Assembly (NCBI GenBank): GCA_034680045.1
Contig: JAXITO010000003.1
Span: 37,411-101,410 of the forward strand
Origin: Crocinitomicaceae bacterium
GTDB lineage: Bacteria > Bacteroidota > Bacteroidia > Flavobacteriales_D > Crocinitomicaceae
DNA: 64,000 nt
Direction of reading: 5' to 3'
Shown: piece by piece, positions 51,278 through 60,523 of the stretch
How the letters are laid out: each line of letters starts with the position of its first letter
Numbering within the stretch: position 1 is the stretch's first letter
The notes under the pieces: model-generated
The model's input: the letters and a program-made list of their open reading frames with translations, nothing else
Databases searched by the model: none
Told to the model about the DNA's origin: nothing
Position numbers and translations under genes: made by a program

Positions 51278-52653
51278 GGTCAATTCAGCAATTCGAGCAG
51301 GTGTATTTTGTTGGTATTGGTGGCATTGGTATGAGTGCCTTAGCGCGCTTTTTTAAATTCAGCGGTAGAGAGGTAGCGGGCTACGATAAAGTAGAAACTA
51401 CGCTTACGCAGCAATTGAGTCAAGAGGGCATTGCGATACATTACGAAGATTTACACGAAAATATTCCAACTGGTTTTCAAAATCCAGACACAACATTGGT
51501 GGTGTACACACCAGCAATTAAGTCACTGGGTGAGTTGGTATTTTTTCAGGCCAACAATTTTCAAATTTTAAAGAGGGCAGAAGTGCTTGGTGTGCTTACC
51601 AAAACATTTCAAGGACTTTGTGTGGCAGGCACCCATGGTAAAACAACCACAAGTTCGCTACTTGCTCATCTTTTAACAGAGTTAGGCGTGGGTTGCACCG
51701 CATTTTTAGGCGGAATTGCGAGCAATTTTGATTCAAATTTGGTCCTGCATGCCCAAAGCCCCTATGCAGTTATTGAGGCCGATGAATTTGATCGAAGTTT
51801 TTTACAGCTTTCTCCTTTTGCTGCCATCATTACCGCCGCAGACCCTGACCACCTCGATATTTACGGAAGCGCCGATTCCTTTGTAGAAGGTTTCAGGCAA
51901 TTTTCTATGCGCATCGATCCGAAAGGATTTTGCGTTCAAAAAGAAGGACTAGCACTTGCGAGTTTAGCCAAAGTGTTTACCTATGCAGTTGATTCATCAA
52001 CCGCAATATATAGCCTTTCGAATTTGCGCTATGCGCATGGTTTTCAGGTAGCCGATTTACGAATCGGTCAAGATATTTTTCCAAATATAGAATTGGGTTT
52101 ACCAGGTATTCACAATGCAGAAAACGCTTTAGGTTGTATCTCCTTACTACATCTTTTGGGTTTTGAAGTCGCTGACTTACGGCCCGCACTGAAAAGTTTT
52201 AAGGGTGTCAAGCGCCGTTTTGAGTACCAGCTTCGGTCCGAAGAATTGGTGTATATCGATGATTACGCGCATCATCCGACCGAAATCAATGCACTGATTT
52301 CTTCGGTTCGGTCTATGTATCCAGGTTGGCCAATTATCGGTGTTTTTCAGCCGCATTTGTTTTCGCGCACCAAAGATTTTGCCCAAGAATTTGCCGTCTC
52401 TTTGGCTGCCCTAGACCAGCTCTATTTATTGCCGATATATCCAGCGCGAGAACTTCCTATACCAGGTGTGACCAGCGAGTGGCTAAGGGATATAACCCCA
52501 ATGGAAACAAAGGTGGTCTTGCAAGCGCATGAGGTCTTAATGGCTTTGAGAACAATCAAAAAAGGAGTCGTGCTTACCATCGGCGCAGGCGACATTGATC
52601 GTTTGGTAGCGCCACTCACTGAATTACTAAAAATGCAAATCACAGAACCATGA
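51274..52653 (+). CDS. murC: UDP-N-acetylmuramate--L-alanine ligase
   Basis: FVGIGGIGMSALA and GTHGKTTT motifs. ATGA overlap with murG. Confidence 0.94.
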   Translation: MRSIQQFEQVYFVGIGGIGMSALARFFKFSGREVAGYDKVETTLTQQLSQEGIAIHYEDLHENIPTGFQNPDTTLVVYTPAIKSLGELVFFQANNFQILKRAEVLGVLTKTFQGLCVAGTHGKTTTSSLLAHLLTELGVGCTAFLGGIASNFDSNLVLHAQSPYAVIEADEFDRSFLQLSPFAAIITAADPDHLDIYGSADSFVEGFRQFSMRIDPKGFCVQKEGLALASLAKVFTYAVDSSTAIYSLSNLRYAHGFQVADLRIGQDIFPNIELGLPGIHNAENALGCISLLHLLGFEVADLRPALKSFKGVKRRFEYQLRSEELVYIDDYAHHPTEINALISSVRSMYPGWPIIGVFQPHLFSRTKDFAQEFAVSLAALDQLYLLPIYPARELPIPGVTSEWLRDITPMETKVVLQAHEVLMALRTIKKGVVLTIGAGDIDRLVAPLTELLKMQITEP

Positions 52654-53444
52654 AAATTTGGCTTTTAAGAATTTTTTGGCTGCTCTTATTTATTGGAGTA
52701 GTAGTGGTTTTTTATTTTGCGGGTCAAGCAGAACAAAATAAAGTATTGCGAACACCCCTCATTTCCATTCATGCCGATGACGAGAATACCTTTTTGACAG
52801 ACGAGGAGTTGAAAGATAGATTGCAATTGCGCAAACTTTTCAGAAAAAAAATGTTGGCAAATGAGCTCAATGTACGCTCCATTGAACGCGCTATTTCCGC
52901 AATGGCTGAGGTCAAGGAAGTTAATGTTTATAAGCATTTGGGCGATAAATGGGAAATCAAATTAGCGCTCAGAAAACCAATTGCCCGCATCTTTAATACA
53001 AGCGGCCAAAGCTATTACCTTGATCAAGACGGTTTTATGATGTACAGATCGACCTTGCACACGGCCCGAGTTTTGGTTTTTTCTGGCGCAATTAGAGACG
53101 TCTACAACCCTCATCTGAACTGCGATTTTATTAACAATCCAAATTTGAAAAGTTCTCAAAAAATTAGTCAAATCTACCGCATTTCAAATTATGTTTGTAA
53201 TGATCCATTAATGCACAAATTAATCGGTCAAGTTTACCTTCAACCCAACGGCGATTTCATCCTCATACCGTTGGTCGGAGAGCAACAAATTGTCTTTGGT
53301 CCTGCGCGCAGCACCAAAGAAGTTTCGGACAAATTTGAACGTCTGACCCATTTTTACAAAGAAGCCCTGCCTCACGAAGGCTGGAATAAATACAAAGAAA
53401 TAAGTGTCAAATATGAAGGACAAATCGTTTGCAGAAAAAAATAA
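52650..53444 (+). CDS. ftsQ: Cell-division protein FtsQ
   Basis: N-terminal transmembrane helix plus POTRA-like region, in the dcw position. ATGA overlap with murC. Confidence 0.8.
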   Translation: MKIWLLRIFWLLLFIGVVVVFYFAGQAEQNKVLRTPLISIHADDENTFLTDEELKDRLQLRKLFRKKMLANELNVRSIERAISAMAEVKEVNVYKHLGDKWEIKLALRKPIARIFNTSGQSYYLDQDGFMMYRSTLHTARVLVFSGAIRDVYNPHLNCDFINNPNLKSSQKISQIYRISNYVCNDPLMHKLIGQVYLQPNGDFILIPLVGEQQIVFGPARSTKEVSDKFERLTHFYKEALPHEGWNKYKEISVKYEGQIVCRKK

Positions 53445-54795
53445 CAACACCGAAGTGAAGCGCACCCGCGTAGTTGTTGGTTTGGACATCGGCACTACCA
53501 AAATTGCATGTTTTGTTGGTCGTAAAAATGAACACAACAAAATTGAAATCATCGCCATGGGCAAAAGCGAGTCTTTAGGCGTGATGCGCGGTGTGGTTTC
53601 CAATATCGAACGCACGGTTCAATCCATCAATTCGGCAGTAGAAGCAACACAAAATGCTGTTGAAGGCAACCTTAAAATCAAAAATGTGCACGTCGGCATC
53701 GCTGGCCAACATATCAAGAGCATGCAGCACCGCGGTATTTATACCCGCCGCACCACCAACGGTGAAATCTCCCAAGTTGATATCGATGCTTTTGTCGACG
53801 ACATGTACCAAATGGTCATGAACCCAGGTGAAGAAATCATTACAGTTATTCCGCAAGAATACATCGTCGATGGCGAACCTGAAATCAAAGATCCAATTGG
53901 CATGGGTGGTGTGCGTTTAGAAGCCAATTTCCACATCATCAGTGGGCAGGTTACAAACGTACAGAACATCACGCGTTGCGTCGATCGTTCAGGCCTTAGT
54001 GTCAAAGACATCATTTTAGAGCCAATTGCTTCCGCCGAGGCTGTGCTTTCCGACGAAGAGAAAGAAGCCGGAGTAGTACTTGTCGATATCGGTGGTGGCA
54101 CAACCGACGTCGCTATTTTCCACGACAGCCTCATTCGCCATACCGCAGTCATTCCTTTCGGTGGTAATGTCATCACGCAAGACATCAAAGAAGGTTGCCG
54201 CATTATGCAGCGCCAAGCCGAAATGTTGAAAGTGAAGTTCGGTAGCGCTTTGGCTTCTGAAAGCAAAGAAAACGAAGTAGTTTGTATTCCAGGTTTGCGC
54301 GGACGCGATCCAAAGGAAATCACTTTGCGCAATTTAGCGAGTATCATTCAAGCCAGAATGGAAGAAATCATCGAACTCGTTAACCTCGAAATCAAAAACT
54401 CTGGTTACGAGAAAAAACTCATCGGCGGAATTGTCGTTACGGGTGGTGGTTCACAACTCAAGCACCTCACCCAACTCATCGAATACCTCACTGGTATGGA
54501 TGCCCGCATTGGTTACCCAACAGAACACCTTGCAAATTCCAACGACATCGAGTCTTTAACAAGCCCGATGTTTGCTACCGGAATCGGACTTGTGCTCAAA
54601 GGCTTTGAAAGCTTGGAGGCGGTTCAGCCTTGGGAGCAAGCGGCAGTGGTGCAACAAGACGAAGTAACGCGTGAGCAACAAGTCACAGAAAAACAAGAGA
54701 TCATCAAAACGCATTCGAACGCAGAACGTAGGGGAGTGTTTTTTGACCGCATTTTAGGTCCGGTCAAGAAATTCTTTGACGATTCTGAAGATTAA
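53404..54795 (+). CDS. ftsA: Cell-division protein FtsA
   Basis: Actin-like ATPase motifs VGLDIGTTKIA and VDIGGGTTDVA. The start is uncertain (53404 or 53413). It overlaps the ftsQ 3' end. Confidence 0.92.
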   Translation: MSNMKDKSFAEKNNNTEVKRTRVVVGLDIGTTKIACFVGRKNEHNKIEIIAMGKSESLGVMRGVVSNIERTVQSINSAVEATQNAVEGNLKIKNVHVGIAGQHIKSMQHRGIYTRRTTNGEISQVDIDAFVDDMYQMVMNPGEEIITVIPQEYIVDGEPEIKDPIGMGGVRLEANFHIISGQVTNVQNITRCVDRSGLSVKDIILEPIASAEAVLSDEEKEAGVVLVDIGGGTTDVAIFHDSLIRHTAVIPFGGNVITQDIKEGCRIMQRQAEMLKVKFGSALASESKENEVVCIPGLRGRDPKEITLRNLASIIQARMEEIIELVNLEIKNSGYEKKLIGGIVVTGGGSQLKHLTQLIEYLTGMDARIGYPTEHLANSNDIESLTSPMFATGIGLVLKGFESLEAVQPWEQAAVVQQDEVTREQQVTEKQEIIKTHSNAERRGVFFDRILGPVKKFFDDSED

Positions 54796-54831
54796 AATAT
54801 TTTGACAAACTAGGTTATACACAGCAGTATT

Positions 54832-56523
54832 ATGGAATTTGATCTACCCAAACACGAAACACCACAAGCAGCTTCTATCATTAAAGTGATCGGAGTTGGA
54901 GGCGGCGGTTCAAATGCCGTGAACCACATGTACCTGCAAGGAATTGCAGGCGTGGATTTCATCGTATGCAACACCGATTGCCAAGCATTGGAGCTTTCAC
55001 CAGTTCCGCACAAAATTCAATTAGGACCAACTCTTACCGAAGGGCGCGGCGCAGGCATGATTCCCGATGTAGGCATGAACGCCGCCATGGAGAACATCCA
55101 AGAAATTCGCGAGCTCCTTTCCAAAGACACCAAAATGGTATTTGTAACCGCTGGTATGGGTGGTGGAACCGGTACGGGTGCTGCTCCAGTCATTGCACAA
55201 GTTGCCAAAGACCTCGGTATCCTTACCGTTGGAATCGTAACCGTTCCTTTTAATTTTGAAGGTCGTAAAAGACGCCAACAAGCAGAAGAAGGTTTGGAGC
55301 GCATGCGTCAGAACGTAGACACACTCCTTATTATCAACAACGAGCGTTTGCGCGAATTCGGCAAAAACATGTCGTTGTCAGAGGCCTTTTCTCATGCCGA
55401 CGACGTTCTAACTGTTGCTGCAAAAGGCATTGCTGAAGTCATTTCTGTAACAGGCGCTATCAACGTCGATTTCAACGACGTCAATACCGTTATGCGCAAT
55501 TCAGGTCATGCCATTATGGGTAGTGCAATTGCTTCAGGTGATGACCGCGCAGTTGTTGCTGTTAAAAATGCCCTCACATCCCCATTGCTCTACGACAACG
55601 ACATCAACGGTGCACGTTATGTATTGCTCAACATTACCTACGGTGACCGCGAAGTCATGATGGACGAAATCACCGATATCACTGATTACATTCAAGAAGC
55701 CGCAGGTTCTACAGCCGACGTCATTTGGGGTCATGGTCACGATGCTTCTCTGGGTGATCAACTTAGCCTTACTATCATCGCTACTGGTTTTACAGCTTCT
55801 CCTCTTACAGGTTTTGAAAGAAGCCCAGAGCGAACTGTTGTTGTTCTCGAAGAAGAAAAGAAGCAAGAAATCACAGCTCCTTTAACCTCTCCTTTTGAAA
55901 CAATTGCAGTAGCACCGATTGAAACGAGCACGCCAGAACCCTTCATGAAACAAGTGGAAGCGCCGCTCGTGAATCCATTTCAAGTGCAAGTGCAACCAAT
56001 AGACGCTGTTGCAGCAAGCGCCAAAACGACTTTTAATCTCTACGACGAGCAAGAAGAAGTTGCCTCAAATAACCAAGCTTCCATGAGTTGGGAGGTTTTT
56101 GACGTGCAACCAGAGCCTGTACAACAAGCGCCTGTTCAACCAGTAGAATTTACAGCTCCGGTTCAAGCTACTCCAGTGCAAGCAACTCCAGTTCAGCAAC
56201 ATGTTGTGAAACATGTACTTGAAGACGACAGCATTCAACGTGTCGAAATGGAGCAACCAAAGCGCATTTTGAGCCCTGAAGAACAACAACGCAAGGTACA
56301 AGAGCGTGTTTCTCGCATTCAAGAGTTTACTTCTAAACTTCAAAAGCCAGATGGCCTTTTGGAATTCGAAAACGAACCTGCATTTGTGCGCAGAAACATT
56401 CATTTGCAACAACAAGCGCCAAGCACACAAGAAAACATCTCTCGTTTTGGTGTAGGCACTGACGCACATGGCCAACCAACCTTGCGCAATGGGAATAATT
56501 TTTTGCACGATAACGTAGATTAA
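54832..56523 (+). CDS. ftsZ: Cell-division GTPase FtsZ (long C-terminal linker)
   Basis: Tubulin signature GGGTGTGAAPV and the N-terminal IKVIGVGGGGSNAVN. 563 aa, with a Q/P/V-rich linker and an EPAFVRRN peptide. Confidence 0.97.
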   Translation: MEFDLPKHETPQAASIIKVIGVGGGGSNAVNHMYLQGIAGVDFIVCNTDCQALELSPVPHKIQLGPTLTEGRGAGMIPDVGMNAAMENIQEIRELLSKDTKMVFVTAGMGGGTGTGAAPVIAQVAKDLGILTVGIVTVPFNFEGRKRRQQAEEGLERMRQNVDTLLIINNERLREFGKNMSLSEAFSHADDVLTVAAKGIAEVISVTGAINVDFNDVNTVMRNSGHAIMGSAIASGDDRAVVAVKNALTSPLLYDNDINGARYVLLNITYGDREVMMDEITDITDYIQEAAGSTADVIWGHGHDASLGDQLSLTIIATGFTASPLTGFERSPERTVVVLEEEKKQEITAPLTSPFETIAVAPIETSTPEPFMKQVEAPLVNPFQVQVQPIDAVAASAKTTFNLYDEQEEVASNNQASMSWEVFDVQPEPVQQAPVQPVEFTAPVQATPVQATPVQQHVVKHVLEDDSIQRVEMEQPKRILSPEEQQRKVQERVSRIQEFTSKLQKPDGLLEFENEPAFVRRNIHLQQQAPSTQENISRFGVGTDAHGQPTLRNGNNFLHDNVD

Positions 56524-56525
56524 GG

Positions 56526-56975
56526 ATGACATTCACAGAGCGCATCAACCTCGATATCAAAAATGCAATGCTTGCCAAAGAAAAGGAGAAGCTTGCTGCC
56601 TTGCGCGATATCAAATCTAAATTATTGCTAGAGGCAACCTCTGGTGCAGACGCCGAAGTATCGGAAGAAACCGCCATTAAAATCTGCATGAAGTTGCACA
56701 AACAGCGCATGGAGACCTACACCCTCTACAACCAACAAGAGCGCCCAGACCTTGCAGCGGAAGAACTCTATCAAGCGCAAGTTATAGAGGCCTATTTACC
56801 CAAAATGCTAACCGAAGACGAAATCCGTGCTGAAGTTCAAGCTGCAATTACCCAAACAGGCGCAACTGGCCCCCAAGACATGGGTAAGGTAATGGGTATT
56901 TTATCTGGAAAATTAGCAGGAAAAGCTGACGGCAAAGTTATTGCTGCACTTGTCAAAGAGACCCTCGCCAACTAA
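56526..56975 (+). CDS. GatB/YqeY-domain protein
   Basis: 149 aa. INLDIKNAMLAKEKEKLAALRDIKS and MGKVMG...GKADGK are typical of the YqeY family. Confidence 0.85.
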   Translation: MTFTERINLDIKNAMLAKEKEKLAALRDIKSKLLLEATSGADAEVSEETAIKICMKLHKQRMETYTLYNQQERPDLAAEELYQAQVIEAYLPKMLTEDEIRAEVQAAITQTGATGPQDMGKVMGILSGKLAGKADGKVIAALVKETLAN

Positions 56976-57556
56976 TGAAAGCCGCATTCGCACAACTTAT
57001 CCGCACTTTAAATGCGAGGGGTTGGTCGCCGGCCACCTCTACCAACTATTCATTTATTGACGAGCACCAACAATGTTGGGTATCTCGATCTGGAGTGCAT
57101 AAATCCGATTTCACGGAGCAAGACTTCATGACCATAGATTCAACTGGCATTGGAACAGGTATGTTTCATGGCACTAAGCCTTCCGACGAAACACAGATTC
57201 ACCTTTGGATTTACAAAAACTTTCCAGAGGCGCAGGTTGTGTTGCACAGTCATGGTAAATATCCAGTGCTCATCTCCCAATTCAACGAAGATTTTTTTCC
57301 GGTGCAGGGCTACGAAATCCAAAAAGGATTCAAAGGTTGCCTGAGTCATCTCGAAAGCTTAGAAATACCAATCGTCGATAACCAACAAGACATGACTTTG
57401 CTATGTCAGCAATTAGAAGAGCGCGTCTCCGCCATTCAGCAACATTGCTTTATTATAGCAGGTCACGGTACCTATGCATGGGGCGCAACACTTTTTGAAG
57501 CGCAACGGCACCTCGAGACCCTCGATTACCTTTGCGAATGTGAATTTTTATTATAG
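56975..57556 (+). CDS. mtnB: Methylthioribulose-1-phosphate dehydratase (class II aldolase/adducin fold)
   Basis: RGWSPATSTNYS, VSRSGVHK and VLHSH motifs. The start shares one base with the yqeY stop (TAATG). Confidence 0.8.
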   Translation: MKAAFAQLIRTLNARGWSPATSTNYSFIDEHQQCWVSRSGVHKSDFTEQDFMTIDSTGIGTGMFHGTKPSDETQIHLWIYKNFPEAQVVLHSHGKYPVLISQFNEDFFPVQGYEIQKGFKGCLSHLESLEIPIVDNQQDMTLLCQQLEERVSAIQQHCFIIAGHGTYAWGATLFEAQRHLETLDYLCECEFLL

Positions 57557-57559
57557 CAA

Positions 57560-58105
57560 ATGGCCATTCTTTCAATTCCAGATGAAGCTGTTCAAATTCA
57601 AGACCCGCTTCAAATTAAGACCTATTTAGCACAATACGGCGTGTTTTTTGATCAATGGACCTGCGGTGTTCAATTCAACGACGACGCTAGCCAAGAAGAA
57701 ATTCTAGCTGCCTACGCCAAAGACCTCAAGCCATTCATGGAAAACGGTGGATACCAAAGTGCAGATGTCATTTCCATTCATGCACTTACCCCGAATTACG
57801 ACCAGATACGAGCAAAATTTCTTGCCGAGCATACCCACGATGAAGACGAAATAAGATTTTTTGTCGACGGGCAGGGCTTGTTTTGGTTCCATCTTCAAGA
57901 TGCCCCAATTTTCAATGTACTGTGTCAAAGAGGAGACCTCATCAGTGTGCCTACCGGAACCAAACATTGGTTTGATGCCGGAGCCACAGCACCTTTTGTG
58001 AAGGCCATTCGCATTTTTACCGACATGACCGGTTGGACACCCCACTATACTCAATCAGGCGTAGAAACCAAATACGAAAATTTTAAAGCACCAACTGTTG
58101 GATAA
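57560..58105 (+). CDS. mtnD: Acireductone dioxygenase (ARD, cupin)
   Basis: EHTHDEDEIRFFVDGQGLFWFH and VPTGTKHWF are the ARD metal-binding motifs. Confidence 0.88.
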   Translation: MAILSIPDEAVQIQDPLQIKTYLAQYGVFFDQWTCGVQFNDDASQEEILAAYAKDLKPFMENGGYQSADVISIHALTPNYDQIRAKFLAEHTHDEDEIRFFVDGQGLFWFHLQDAPIFNVLCQRGDLISVPTGTKHWFDAGATAPFVKAIRIFTDMTGWTPHYTQSGVETKYENFKAPTVG

Positions 58106-58781
58106 GCGCATCAAATACATCTTAACGGATATCGAAGGAACCACTAGCTCTGTACATTTTGTATACGAAGTCTTGTTTCCTTATTTCAGAACCCACCTCA
58201 ACGACCTCACCAAACATGCACAAATCAATGAGGTGAAACAAGCTTTTTCAGAAGTGATAGAAATTGCCGCTCAAGAAGAAGGTCGTCACCTCACCACTAC
58301 CGAAGAGGTGCTTGCTTGTCTGCACAAATGGAGCGAGGAAGACAGAAAACTAACACCGTTGAAAGCGTTGCAAGGTGTCATTTGGAAGAACGCTTATGAA
58401 ACGGGCGCTATAACAGGGCACGTCTATGATGATGTACCCACTGCACTCAATCAATGGCGCACTATGGGCTTAAAGATTGGCGTATTCTCCTCCGGATCCA
58501 TTGCTGCTCAAAAGTTACTTTTTCAGTTCAGCGATTTTGGTGATTTATCAGGACATTTTTCCAATCATTTTGACACTACTACCGGCAGTAAAAAGGAGCT
58601 AGCGACCTATCAAAAAATCACTCAGTTTTTAGGTTTCGAAGCAGAACAGATTTTATTTTTGTCAGATATTTCAGCTGAACTCGAGGCCGCCGCCGCCGCA
58701 GGAATGCAAACCATTCAGTTGCTCAGGACATGTACTACAGAGAGTTGGCCACATACTGCTACCAACTTTTTAGACATTTAA
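58098..58781 (+). CDS. mtnC: Enolase-phosphatase E1 (HAD superfamily)
   Basis: ILTDIEGTTSS motif I and SSGS motif. The only start-like codon upstream of motif I is the TTG at 58098, which gives an 8-nt overlap with mtnD. Confidence 0.82.
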   Translation: MDKRIKYILTDIEGTTSSVHFVYEVLFPYFRTHLNDLTKHAQINEVKQAFSEVIEIAAQEEGRHLTTTEEVLACLHKWSEEDRKLTPLKALQGVIWKNAYETGAITGHVYDDVPTALNQWRTMGLKIGVFSSGSIAAQKLLFQFSDFGDLSGHFSNHFDTTTGSKKELATYQKITQFLGFEAEQILFLSDISAELEAAAAAGMQTIQLLRTCTTESWPHTATNFLDI

Positions 58782-58799
58782 TTTAAATGGATACAAACT

Positions 58800-58830
58800 A
58801 AAAAAGCCACTCCGAAGAGTGGCTTTTTTA
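58800..58830. terminator. Bidirectional intrinsic terminator (end of the dcw-mtn array and of the convergent DUF1573 gene)
   Basis: AAAAA-GCCACTC-CGAA-GAGTGGC-TTTTTT. Confidence 0.85.
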
Positions 58831-58847
58831 ATAAATGGTTATTTGGA

Positions 58848-59291
58848 TTAGTTGTTGGTAGGCGCGCCTGCGTTGTTAACTGGCATACCGCTTTCTGGAG
58901 CTGGACCAACTTCACCTTTGATGCGGATCACTTTATTTGGTTCGTTGAGCGCATTTGAAGTAATGGTAACGCTTTTGTTGATTGGGCCCGGACGATTCGT
59001 GTCGTATTTCACACGGATTGTTCCTTTTGCTCCTGGAGCAATTGGCTCTTTAGGCCACTCCGGAACTGTACAACCGCAAGAACCTTTGGCGTTAGAGATG
59101 ATCAACGGCTCGTCGCCTGTGTTTTTGAACTCAAAAGAACAATAAGGCTCACCACCATATTTGATGTTACCGTAGTCATGTACTTCTTTGTTAAATTCAA
59201 TTTTAGCACCTTTTTCAATTTGTGCATTGACGCTGTTGAGGCCAAGTACAGCCATGAAAACAACACCAAAAGAAAGCAATAATTTTTTCAT
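58848..59291 (-). CDS. DUF1573-domain secreted protein
   Basis: Signal peptide, then HDYGNIKYGGEPYCSFEFKNTGDEPLIISNAKGSCGCTVPEWPKEPIAPG, which is typical of DUF1573. Confidence 0.8.
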   Translation of the reverse strand: MKKLLLSFGVVFMAVLGLNSVNAQIEKGAKIEFNKEVHDYGNIKYGGEPYCSFEFKNTGDEPLIISNAKGSCGCTVPEWPKEPIAPGAKGTIRVKYDTNRPGPINKSVTITSNALNEPNKVIRIKGEVGPAPESGMPVNNAGAPTNN

Positions 59292-59364
59292 ATGTATCAG
59301 TTTAACTTTCCGAAAGATAAGGAGCTTATTTTCGAGTTGAAGGTATTTAACACTTCATTAACAT

Positions 59365-60372
59365 CTAATCTCGCTTGAGCCAACCGCGCTTCATAAAGAA
59401 GAGTAGCAAGCTAAAACTCAGCACGAACATAAAGCCAACAACGGCATAATAGCCATACCGGTAGCCTAATTCTGGCATGTGTTCGAAATTCATGCCGTAC
59501 ACACCAACGATAAATGTGAGTGGAATAAAAATACTACTGACTACGGTTAATACTTTCATGATGTGGTTCATGCGTTGCCCTTGAACGGCATAATATAAAT
59601 TGGCGAGACCGTCTAAAATTTGTTTGTGCGCTTCAATGTCTTCAAGTAGACTCACACAGCTATTGCGAAGATTTTTATAGTAATGTTTATTGCTGCTTTC
59701 AATCAGGGCGTTGTCCATGGATTCTAGAACGGCAAGCAGATCTTTAATAGGTTGCACTATCTTTCTCAAATTAATGAGTTGTCTTTTTTGGAGTTCGATT
59801 TCACGTAAAAGGTCAGCCTGCATTTGGGAATGGATGCGTTTGTCTATGCGGTCTATCTCATCCGATACTTCGGTCGTATATTGAAAAAGTTCATCTAGCA
59901 AAGTATCTAGCAAACGAAATAACAAGAAGTCTGCTTTTTGATTGCGAATTTTTCCTTTTGATTTCTCAATGCGCTCTCGCACCTCTCCAAAATGTAGTCC
60001 TTCATTTGTTTGAAATGAAAGCAAGTAATGAGCGCTTAGAACAAAAGTAATTTGATCCGTTAGCTCGGTGTCTTGGCTATTGTTGCGAAGCGTATGTAAT
60101 TGGAAAAACAAATAGGTGGGGTATTCTTCTACTTTAGCACGACGGAGCGGCAAGAAAATACTTTCAATGCTGAGTTTATCGAGGCCAATTTTCTGACAGA
60201 GTTTTTCAATGCTAATGCGGTCGTCTAGGTTGTGAAAATTGAGCCAATAAACGTTGTCGGCATCTATTAAATCGGGATTGAATTCGTTTGCAAAATCAGA
60301 GGCCTCAGCTGTTTTGACTGAAAAGAAATCTTGGCCATATTGATAGGCTTGTGCCTTATGTTTGAGTTTCAT
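59365..60372 (-). CDS. corA: CorA-family magnesium/cobalt transporter
   Basis: YGMNF signature (GVYGMNFEHMPEL) followed by the final transmembrane helix. The tracked start at 60423 is a TTG, so I chose the ATG at 60372. Confidence 0.88.
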   Translation of the reverse strand: MKLKHKAQAYQYGQDFFSVKTAEASDFANEFNPDLIDADNVYWLNFHNLDDRISIEKLCQKIGLDKLSIESIFLPLRRAKVEEYPTYLFFQLHTLRNNSQDTELTDQITFVLSAHYLLSFQTNEGLHFGEVRERIEKSKGKIRNQKADFLLFRLLDTLLDELFQYTTEVSDEIDRIDKRIHSQMQADLLREIELQKRQLINLRKIVQPIKDLLAVLESMDNALIESSNKHYYKNLRNSCVSLLEDIEAHKQILDGLANLYYAVQGQRMNHIMKVLTVVSSIFIPLTFIVGVYGMNFEHMPELGYRYGYYAVVGFMFVLSFSLLLFFMKRGWLKRD

Positions 60373-60523
60373 TAGAATGCTTTGGCGTGAGTCCGCAACC
60401 TTTACAATGAGTTTGCTGTGCAAAAAACAATTGGTAGTAGTAGCGCAGTAAAAAAATGACTGCCAAAAGAACTATGGATATGACCAACAATTGTTGCATA
60501 ATCGAAAGTTAATGAATTTGTGC

